From assembly GCA_903860935.1 (NCBI GenBank), contig CAIOSQ010000436.1, positions 1-53,115 of the forward strand: a stretch of DNA of 53,115 nucleotides, given 5' to 3'. Source of the stretch: an uncultured Rhodospirillales bacterium (lineage in GTDB: Bacteria; Pseudomonadota; Alphaproteobacteria; CACIAM-22H2). The translations under genes and the position numbers were made by a program. Of this stretch, positions 46,419 to 53,115 are shown in pieces. The notes under the pieces are model-generated. The model had not been told where the DNA came from and did not search any database. It worked only from the letters and a program-made list of their open reading frames with translations. Every line of letters begins with the position of its first letter. The stretch's first letter is position 1.

Positions 46419-47378
46419 TCACCGCGGCGCCGCCGTCGCGATCCGGAACGCGCCCAGCCCCATGCTCGCGCCCTTGCCCGCGCCGACCCATTGCGCGAGA
46501 TCCAGCCAGGGCCCGAGCGATCCGGCGTCCGGCCCGAGATCGATTCGGCAGGTGCCGACGAGACCGCCCATCTTCATCGTCTCGCGCTGGCGCGCCGAGA
46601 AGCGGGTCTGGTCCTGCCAGCCGAGATCGGCCTCCTCCAGCCGCGCCGTGTCGGCCGCGCGCTTGAGCGCCCCGTAGTCGGCTGCGATCGGACCGCCGCC
46701 ATGGAGGGCCGCGAGCGTCGAGACGCGACGGATCGCGGCGCCGATCAGATGTGCCGGACGGAACGCCTGCGGCGTCACCAGATCGCCGCCCAGGCGCAGG
46801 CGCAACGGTGTGCGCAGCGACGCCACGACATGCCGGCCGAGCGGCACCGCCTGCGGGCTGCGCGGCGCCACCGGCAGACACTGAGCCCCGCCGTCATGGA
46901 CGAGCGTCCCGGTCGCCGCGTCGAGCCCGTCGAGCGCCTCCACACGGGTCAACTGGAGCTGCGCGCGCGCCGGCCCGAGCCCCGCCAGCCCGGCCTCCGC
47001 CATCGCGCGCACGACATAGACAAGCCGCGCATTGGCGGTGCCCACCAGGGTTAGGACCGTCGACACCGTGTCGCCGGCGACGAACACGGTGTCGCCCCGA
47101 TGCTCCGGCGCGAAGACATAGGGCACCGTCACAAGATCGATCCCCGAGGGCCGCGCCGCCTGCGCGGGCACATGCCCGTCGAACAGCGCGGGATAGGGGC
47201 ACCCGTCGATCAGCGGACAGCCCACGCAGGGCCGCAACCGCATCGCACAGACGACCCGCTTCAGCGCATGCCCGAACACGCCGCGCCACGCCGACCCTCC
47301 GAAGGCCCGCAACACGCCGTCCCCGAGCGCCCTGTACGCGAATCGATAGCGGACCAGCGGCAACGAAATCCCGTCCAT
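46419..47378 (-). CDS. cas6: Cas6-family RAMP endoribonuclease (Cys-rich N-terminal type, DUF2276-like)
   Basis: MDGISLPLVRYRFAYRALGDGVLRAFGGSAWRGVFGHALKRVVCAMRLRPCVGCPLIDGCPYPALFDG...VPYVFAP..., with the C-terminal G-rich loop WVGAGKGASMGLGAFRI. Start at ATG 47378; an alternative lies at 47399. Confidence 0.75.
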   Translation of the reverse strand: MDGISLPLVRYRFAYRALGDGVLRAFGGSAWRGVFGHALKRVVCAMRLRPCVGCPLIDGCPYPALFDGHVPAQAARPSGIDLVTVPYVFAPEHRGDTVFVAGDTVSTVLTLVGTANARLVYVVRAMAEAGLAGLGPARAQLQLTRVEALDGLDAATGTLVHDGGAQCLPVAPRSPQAVPLGRHVVASLRTPLRLRLGGDLVTPQAFRPAHLIGAAIRRVSTLAALHGGGPIAADYGALKRAADTARLEEADLGWQDQTRFSARQRETMKMGGLVGTCRIDLGPDAGSLGPWLDLAQWVGAGKGASMGLGAFRIATAAPR

Positions 47379-47547
47379 CCCGCGACCATCACCCGCCATC
47401 ACCTGCCCAGTAAAGGCGGCAGACGCGATGTGCGGGACGCGGCCATGGCTCCACTGCGAGATCGGCCTTGACCCGATGGCGGGCCGCATCGACCCTGCGC
47501 GACGGTCGACTCGCGGCCTGTCCTGCCATCGATCCCGGAGCCGATGG

Positions 47548-48102
47548 ATGCGCTTTCTGCCGACTTCCCTGCCCGGCGTCGTCGTCGTCGAGACACCGCG
47601 CCTCGAAGACGAGCGTGGCAGCTTCGAGCGCAGCTATTGCCGCGACAGCTTCGCGGCCGCTGGCCTCCCGGATCTCGGGGTCCAATGCAACATCTCCGGC
47701 AATCGCAGCCGCCTCACGCTGCGCGGCATGCATTTCCAGGCGGCGCCGGAGCCGGATGCCAAGCTGGTGCGGTGCCTCTCGGGCCGGCTTTTCGATGTCG
47801 CGGTCGACATCCGTCCCGACTCGCCGACACACAGGCAGTGGACGGCGGTCGAACTGGCGGCCGGAGATGGCCGCGCGCTGTTCGTGCCCGCCGGCTTCGC
47901 CCATGGCTTCCTGACGCTCGCCGACGACACGACGGTCTTCTACATGATGGGGGCGTCCTATCGCGCGGAGCTGTCCCGCGGATTTCGCTGGGACGATCCC
48001 GAGGTCGCGATCGCGTGGCCGGATACGCCAATCGTCGTCTCCGCGCGCGATCGGGCCCTGCCGCCGCTCGCCGCGATTGCCGTCGTGGACCTCGCGCGAT
48101 GA
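47548..48102 (+). CDS. NDP-4-dehydro-6-deoxyhexose 3,5-epimerase (RfbC-like cupin)
   Basis: Internal ATG at 47548 ([30 protein letters not shown]). Contains [23 protein letters not shown] and [11 protein letters not shown]. Confidence 0.85.
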   Translation: MRFLPTSLPGVVVVETPRLEDERGSFERSYCRDSFAAAGLPDLGVQCNISGNRSRLTLRGMHFQAAPEPDAKLVRCLSGRLFDVAVDIRPDSPTHRQWTAVELAAGDGRALFVPAGFAHGFLTLADDTTVFYMMGASYRAELSRGFRWDDPEVAIAWPDTPIVVSARDRALPPLAAIAVVDLAR

Positions 48103-49019
48103 GGCGCCTGCTCGTGACCGGAGCCACGGGCTTCGTCGGGCGCGCGGTGCTCGATGCGCTGGCGCGCGCGCCGGTGGCCACCGTCGCCCTCGCGCGCCAT
48201 GCGCCGGAGGATGCCGGCCATCGCGTGCGCTGGATCGCTGCCGACCTCCTCGATCCTGCGGCATGCGACCGTGCCCTCGCCGAGGCGGAGTGCGACACCT
48301 GCCTGCATCTCGCCTGGGATGTCGGGCCGGGCTACTGGACCGCGCCGACCAATCTCGACTGGCTCGCGGCCAGCGCGACGCTGCTCCGACGCTTCACCGA
48401 ACGCGGCGGCAGGCGCTTCGTCGCGGCCGGCACCTGCGCCGAATACGACTGGTCGATGGCGGACGCCGCGCCATTGCGCGAGGACGCCCCGCGGCGGCCG
48501 GCGACGCTCTACGGCGCCGCCAAGAGCGCGTTCTGGGACGTGACGGAGCGCTTCGCAGCCGCGGTCGGCATCGAGGCCGCCTGGGGCATCGTGTTCCACG
48601 TCGTCGGACCGGGCGAGCGACCCGGTCGGCTCCTGCCCTCGATCGTCACGGCGCTCGACAAGGGAGAACCGGCGGCGTGCACGCCCGGCACGCAGATCCA
48701 GGACCCGATCGACGTGCGCGATCTCGGTGCCGCCTTCGCAGCCCTCGCCCTCTCCGATCTGCGCGGGCGCGTCAATCTCGGCGCCGGCGCCCCGCTGTCA
48801 GTCGCCGACCTGTCGCAGCGCATCGCCGCGTGCTGCGGTCGGCCGGACCTGCTGCGCCTCGGCGCGCTGCCGCCGCGTGGGGGAGAGCCTGCACGGCTGG
48901 TGCCGGATCTGACGCGGATGCACGCCGAACTCGGCTTCGTGCCGCGCCATGGTCGCGACGCGAGCATCGCCGACGCCGTAGCTTGGCAGCGCGCATATGC
49001 GAGCCCGTCATGCGCCTGA
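48099..49019 (+). CDS. NAD-dependent epimerase/dehydratase or sugar reductase (extended SDR)
   Basis: ATG at 48099 overlaps the upstream stop (ATGA). Contains [13 protein letters not shown] and LYGAAK (YxxxK). Confidence 0.8.
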   Translation: MRRLLVTGATGFVGRAVLDALARAPVATVALARHAPEDAGHRVRWIAADLLDPAACDRALAEAECDTCLHLAWDVGPGYWTAPTNLDWLAASATLLRRFTERGGRRFVAAGTCAEYDWSMADAAPLREDAPRRPATLYGAAKSAFWDVTERFAAAVGIEAAWGIVFHVVGPGERPGRLLPSIVTALDKGEPAACTPGTQIQDPIDVRDLGAAFAALALSDLRGRVNLGAGAPLSVADLSQRIAACCGRPDLLRLGALPPRGGEPARLVPDLTRMHAELGFVPRHGRDASIADAVAWQRAYASPSCA

Positions 49020-49576
49020 TCCCTCGTCTGCTGCGCCGCAAGCGCGCCACGCGCCTTCCCGGCGATGTCACGATCGGACGCCACAGCTATGGCGTGTCGT
49101 CCCGCAACCTCGTCCGTCCAACCGCCGCGGCCCCGATCGAAATCGGGAGCTTCTGCTCGATCGGTCCGGAGGTGTTGATCTTCGGACAGGCTGACCACCC
49201 GACCCACCTGCCCTCCACCTATCCTTTCCGCACGCTGCTCTTCGATCCGGCCGCGGGCAACCGCGATGCCGTGACCCGCGGCGGCGTCGTCATCGGCAGC
49301 GACGTGTGGATCGGCGCGCGTGCGATGATCCTCTCCGGCGTCACGATCGGCCATGGCGCGGTGATCGGCGCCGGCGCCGTCGTGACGCGCGACGTGCCGC
49401 CCTACGCAATCGCCGTCGGCAATCCGGCGCGCGTGGCGCGTCATCGCTTCGCGCCGGAGATCGTCGCGCGCCTCCTCGCGCTGCGCTGGTGGGAGTGGCC
49501 CGACGAACGCATCCGCGACCTGGAGGAGGCGTTCTACGGCCCTGTGGAGACGTTCCTGGAGCGCAGCGGCGGATGA
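49010..49576 (+). CDS. Hexapeptide-repeat (left-handed beta-helix) acetyltransferase, xenobiotic/CatB-like
   Basis: ATG at 49010 ([28 protein letters not shown]). Contains [50 protein letters not shown] and the C-terminal WWEWP. Confidence 0.82.
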   Translation: MRLIPRLLRRKRATRLPGDVTIGRHSYGVSSRNLVRPTAAAPIEIGSFCSIGPEVLIFGQADHPTHLPSTYPFRTLLFDPAAGNRDAVTRGGVVIGSDVWIGARAMILSGVTIGHGAVIGAGAVVTRDVPPYAIAVGNPARVARHRFAPEIVARLLALRWWEWPDERIRDLEEAFYGPVETFLERSGG

Positions 49577-50433
49577 GCGCCGGGCCGCAGGTCGCGATCG
49601 GGCTGCCGGTCTACAACGGCGCCGCGTTCCTGGACGAAGCGATGGCCTCGCTCTGCGCCCAGGATTTCGCGGATCTGCGCATCGTCGTCTCGGACAACGC
49701 GTCCACCGACGCGACGCCGGATATCCTCTCCGCCTGGGCCGCGCGCGATCCACGCATCGACCTGCACCGGCAGCGGGAGAACATCGGCATGATCGCGAAT
49801 TTCGCCTTCGTGCGGCACACCGCGCAGGCCCGGTGGTTCATGCTCGCGGCGCATGACGACCGCTGGTCGCCCAATTTCGTGTCGACGCTCCACACGGCGG
49901 CGACGCGCGAGCCCGGCTGCCTGCTCGCCGTCCCGCAGGTCGTGAAGACGACCATCGCCGGGGACGAGGATCTTCGCTTCGCCGTTCCCGCGGCCCTCGC
50001 CGCAGCGCATGGCCTCGCGCGCCGGCTTGCGCTTCTGCGCTGGGCTCAGAGCGGCTGGATCTACGGGCTGATCGACCGCGCGGCGCTGCTGCGCGCGCAA
50101 GAGGCGACCGAGCGCTTCGGCCATGCCTGGGGCAACGAGTTCATCACGCTGCTGCCGTTCCTGCTCGACGGGCGCGTGGCGGCGGCGAACGAGGCCATCT
50201 ACTACCAGCGCCAGACCCCGCTTTCCGAGGCGCGGTACAAACCGCGCATCCTCGCCGACCAGAGGCGCCTCTATCGCGATTTCCTGCGCGAGGCGCTGCG
50301 CCTGCTCGGCGAGTCCGGCCTGCCCGCGGCGCAGCGCGCGGCTTTGCTGCCGGCGCTGCTGCGCTATTCCGGACGCCATGCCTGGAAGCTGCGGCGCCTC
50401 GTCCTGGCCAGCCTCGGCCTGCGCCGGCCCTGA
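49573..50433 (+). CDS. GT2-family glycosyltransferase
   Basis: ATG at 49573 overlaps the upstream stop. Contains [35 protein letters not shown] and AAHDD. Confidence 0.8.
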   Translation: MSAGPQVAIGLPVYNGAAFLDEAMASLCAQDFADLRIVVSDNASTDATPDILSAWAARDPRIDLHRQRENIGMIANFAFVRHTAQARWFMLAAHDDRWSPNFVSTLHTAATREPGCLLAVPQVVKTTIAGDEDLRFAVPAALAAAHGLARRLALLRWAQSGWIYGLIDRAALLRAQEATERFGHAWGNEFITLLPFLLDGRVAAANEAIYYQRQTPLSEARYKPRILADQRRLYRDFLREALRLLGESGLPAAQRAALLPALLRYSGRHAWKLRRLVLASLGLRRP

Positions 50434-50461
50434 CCGGCCCTGACCGGCCCAGGCGCCGGCC

Positions 50462-51697
50462 TCAGCCGATGACGCGCGTGGACGGGATCGCGACGACGAA
50501 ACGCCCGCCCCAGTCGCGCACATGCGCCATCGACGCGACGATCTCGTCGGCGATGTTCCAGGGAAGGATCAGCACGTAGTCGGGGCGTGTGATGGCGATG
50601 CGATCGGGCGCATGGACGGGCAGCCGCGATCCCGGCAGCAACCGCCCCTGCTTGTGGGGATTGAGATCGACGACATAGTCGATCAGGTCGGTCCCGATCC
50701 CGCAGTGATTGAGCAGCGTGTTGCCCTTCGCCGCGGCGCCATAGGCGATGACGCTGCGGCCCTCCGCACGCGCCTGATGCAGGAAGGCGAGCAGCGATCT
50801 GCGTACCGCGTCGACCTTTGCCTGGAAGCCGGAATAGGCCTCGACGCGATCGAGCCCAGCGGCGCGCTCGGCGGCCCGCACGGCGGCGAGGCCGGGCTCG
50901 GCAGGCCGCTTCGCGCCGTCGATGCGGCACGCGAGAACGCGCAGGCTGCCGCCATGCGTGGGCAGCGTCTCGACATCGAAGACGCGCAGACCGTGGCGCT
51001 CGAAGACCGCCTCCACCGCGAGCAGCGAGAAATAGCAGTAGTGCTCGTGATAGATCGTGTCGAACTGCACCTCGCGGATGAGGTTCAGGAGATGCGGAAA
51101 CTCGACCGACAGCACGCCGGCGGGCTTGAGTGCGCGCGCGAGACCGGCGACGAAGTCATTGAGGTCGGGCACATGCGCCAGCACGTTGTTGGCGACCAGC
51201 AGATCCGCCGCGCGCCCGGACGCCACGAGGTCATCGGCCGCCGCACGACCGAAGAACCGCACCTCGACCGGGATGCCCAGCGCACGGGCCGCCTCGGCGA
51301 CATTCGCGGCCGGCTCGATCCCCAGCGACGGAATGCCGGCGGCGACGAAATGCCGGAGCAGATATCCGTCGTTGCTCGCGACCTCGACGACCTGGCTCGC
51401 GGATGTCAGTCCGAAGCGCCGCGCCGCCATCTCAGCGAAGCGCCTGGCATGCGCGACCCAGGAGGACGAGTAGGACGAGAAATACGCATATTCGCCGAAG
51501 ATCGTCTCCGGCGGCGTGACCGCCTCGACCTGGACCAGCAGGCAGGCGTCGCACACGCGCGCATGCAGCGGAAAGGTCGGATCGGGCATCGCCGCGGCAT
51601 GCGGCGGCACGTAGCTGTTGGCAAGCGGCGTGCGGCCGAGATCGACGAAGCTGCGCGTCAGCGGCGCGGCGCAGGATCGGCAGGCGAGAGACGTCAT
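50462..51697 (-). CDS. SAM-dependent NDP-hexose C-methyltransferase (TylCIII-like; N-terminal Zn-ribbon plus class I MTase plus C-terminal domain)
   Basis: Internal ATG at 51697 (MTSLACRSCAAPLTRSFVDLGRTPLANSY...CDACLLVQ). Contains VVEVASNDGYLL, YHEHYCYFS, GAAAKGNTLLN, DLNPHKQGRLLPGS and LILPWN. Its ATG overlaps the rfbG stop. The remaining N-terminal portion of track ORF 50462..52900 is a shadow. Confidence 0.85.
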   Translation of the reverse strand: MTSLACRSCAAPLTRSFVDLGRTPLANSYVPPHAAAMPDPTFPLHARVCDACLLVQVEAVTPPETIFGEYAYFSSYSSSWVAHARRFAEMAARRFGLTSASQVVEVASNDGYLLRHFVAAGIPSLGIEPAANVAEAARALGIPVEVRFFGRAAADDLVASGRAADLLVANNVLAHVPDLNDFVAGLARALKPAGVLSVEFPHLLNLIREVQFDTIYHEHYCYFSLLAVEAVFERHGLRVFDVETLPTHGGSLRVLACRIDGAKRPAEPGLAAVRAAERAAGLDRVEAYSGFQAKVDAVRRSLLAFLHQARAEGRSVIAYGAAAKGNTLLNHCGIGTDLIDYVVDLNPHKQGRLLPGSRLPVHAPDRIAITRPDYVLILPWNIADEIVASMAHVRDWGGRFVVAIPSTRVIG

Positions 51698-52758
51698 GCG
51701 CCCAGGCTCCCATGGCGTTCGATGTCGTCGAGGACGAGTCGGCGGGCATCGGCGCCGGCCGCGAGCGACGCATGCCACGCCGCCGTCCAGGCGATGGCGG
51801 CGTCGGCGTCCAGCCGCCCGCGCCAGCCCAGCGTCGCGGCGGCGCGGTCCGAATCGAGCGTCAGATGCGGCGCCTCCGCCGGATGCGTGCCGGGCGGCAC
51901 AGTGGCGCCCGGCTTGCCGCCGAAACGCGCGGAGAACCGTGCCACGACGTCGCCGACCGTCAGGAAGGCCGAGGGATCCGGCCCGAAATTGAGTGCCGCA
52001 GGCGCCGTACCGGGGCTGACGCACAGGGCCTGCGCGTGGAGCAGATAGCCGGCCAGCGGCTCGAGCACGTGCTGCCAGGGCCGTACCGCACCCGGGTAGC
52101 GCAGCGCGACGGGCTCTCCGGCGGCGAGCGCCCGCAACAGGTCCGGGACCAGCCTGTCCTCGGACCAGTCGCCACCGCCGATCACGTTGCCCGCGCGCGC
52201 GGTCGCGACCGCGACGCCGGCCGCCGCGAGGAAGCTCGCGCGATGGGACTCCACGGCGATCTCCGCCGCCGCCTTGGAGGCGCTGTAGGGGTCGTGACCG
52301 CCGAGCGGATCGTCCTCGCGGAAGGGGCGCCCGGCACCGTCGTTGCGATAGACCTTGTCGGTCGTCGCGACGAGGATCGCACGTAGGCCCGTCCGCCCGC
52401 GCGCGGCCTCGAGCAGGTTCACCGTGCCCATCACATTGGTCGCCCATGTCCCCGACGGATCGCGATAGGACCGCCGGACGAGCGCCTGGGCGGCGAGATG
52501 GAGCACGATCTCCGGCCTCGCCGCTTCCATCGCGGCCGCGCAGATCGCCGGATCGCGGATGTCGCCGATCGTCTCGCCCAGGGCGGGCCGCGTCGCGCAG
52601 AGCGCGTACAGGCTCGGACGGGTCTCGGGCGGCAGCGCCAGACCATGGACGCGCGCGCCGAGCCGCTCCAGCCAGAGCGCGAGCCAGCCGCCCTTGAAGC
52701 CGGTATGCCCGGTCAGCAGGACACGGCGACCAGACCAGAAATCCCGATCGGGCATCAT
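51694..52758 (-). CDS. rfbG: CDP-glucose 4,6-dehydratase
   Basis: Start at ATG 52758, overlapping the rfbF stop (ATGA): MMPDRDFWSGRRVLLTGHTGFKGGWLALWLERLGARV. Contains TTDKVY, PYSASKAAAE, GNVIGGGDW and RPWQHVLEPL. Confidence 0.9.
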   Translation of the reverse strand: MMPDRDFWSGRRVLLTGHTGFKGGWLALWLERLGARVHGLALPPETRPSLYALCATRPALGETIGDIRDPAICAAAMEAARPEIVLHLAAQALVRRSYRDPSGTWATNVMGTVNLLEAARGRTGLRAILVATTDKVYRNDGAGRPFREDDPLGGHDPYSASKAAAEIAVESHRASFLAAAGVAVATARAGNVIGGGDWSEDRLVPDLLRALAAGEPVALRYPGAVRPWQHVLEPLAGYLLHAQALCVSPGTAPAALNFGPDPSAFLTVGDVVARFSARFGGKPGATVPPGTHPAEAPHLTLDSDRAAATLGWRGRLDADAAIAWTAAWHASLAAGADARRLVLDDIERHGSLGA

Positions 52759-53115
52759 CGCGGCAACCAGGGCGGCCGGCCGCTCTCCCACAATTCCTCG
52801 AGCAGCAGCTTTTCGCGCAGCGTGTCCATCGGCTGCCAGAACCCTGTGTGGCGAAACGCGGCCAGCTGACCGGATGCCGCGAGCCGCTCGAGCGGCGCAC
52901 GCTCCCAGACGCTCGCGTCGCCCTCGATCAGGTCGAGCACGGACGGCTCGAGGACGAAGAAACCGCCATTGATGAAGCCGCTATCGGCCTGCGTCTTTTC
53001 GCGGAAGGCGACCACACGGTCGCCATCGAGCTCGGCGGCGCCGAAGCGCGCGGGCGGGCGGACCACGGTCATCGTCGCGGCGACGCGCTGCGCGCGATGG
53101 AAGGCGATGGTCGCG
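52755..53115 (-). CDS. rfbF: Glucose-1-phosphate cytidylyltransferase, partial (N-terminus beyond the right window edge)
   Basis: The track ORF starts at Met 53072, but the frame stays open to base 53114. It reads ATIAFHRAQRVAATMTVVRPPARFGAAELD...FREKTQADSGFINGGFFVLEP...GFWQPMDTLREK, which corresponds to the middle and C-terminal parts of RfbF. Confidence 0.85.
   Translation of the reverse strand, partial: ATIAFHRAQRVAATMTVVRPPARFGAAELDGDRVVAFREKTQADSGFINGGFFVLEPSVLDLIEGDASVWERAPLERLAASGQLAAFRHTGFWQPMDTLREKLLLEELWESGRPPWLPR

Noticed and set aside
50421-50461. Perfect 10-bp tandem repeat tgaccggccc x2 (50431-50450), flanked by gcgccggcc boxes, at the convergent GT2 / C-methyltransferase junction
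   Set aside because: It is real in the sequence, but short and GC-rich with no convincing stem-loop or T-tract. It is most simply a slippage duplication that includes the stop codon. I have no basis for a functional call.
50462-52900. Single 812-aa ORF spanning 50462..52900
   Set aside because: Only the C-terminal 411 aa (from ATG 51697) match a C-methyltransferase. The N-terminal half is an out-of-frame shadow of rfbG, which is clearly encoded at 51694..52758.

Overview
This is a very GC-rich chromosomal window, with third codon positions almost all G/C. Gene content looks alphaproteobacterial, but that is inference only. Because stop codons are rare, the six-frame track is full of long antisense shadow ORFs and chimeric ORFs. 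I chose real genes by protein-family motifs, internal start codons and stop/start overlaps.

Gene content from left to right:
- A giant TPR/GT9-like glycosyltransferase ORF that runs off the left edge and is absent from the ORF track.
- A gamma-glutamyltransferase-family gene, a PaaH-like 3-hydroxyacyl-CoA dehydrogenase, and an HCCA-isomerase/DsbA-like gene flanked by REP-like boxes.
- The queuosine genes queF-tgt-queA, with queG about 9 kb away.
- Two oxidoreductases and an orphan solute-binding protein.
- A five-gene amidohydrolase plus PotABCD-like ABC transporter operon.
- xdhABC.
- An Arn-like lipid-carrier aminosugar block: WecA-like GT4, DegT aminotransferase, epimerase/dehydratase, ArnC-like GT2, WecD-like GNAT, GtrA and an ArnT-like transferase.
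- A 1003-aa Tat-signal protein that I cannot assign to any family, then PPK2, an ATP-grasp protein and an HpcH-family aldolase.
- A complete type III-A-like Csm effector module (cas6, an inserted SDR gene, cas10-csm2-csm3-csm4-csm5).
- A second sugar block: RfbC-like epimerase, epimerase/dehydratase, hexapeptide acetyltransferase, GT2, C-methyltransferase, rfbG and a partial rfbF.

The most interesting locus is the Csm module. I found no CRISPR array, no cas1/cas2 and no recognisable CARF/SAVED effector anywhere in the 53 kb. Cas10 keeps both its HD and GGDD motifs. Csm2 and Csm5 carry unusual Pro/Arg/Gly-rich extensions, and Csm5 additionally ends in a small C-terminal domain. I saw no tRNA/rRNA genes, transposases or integrases.
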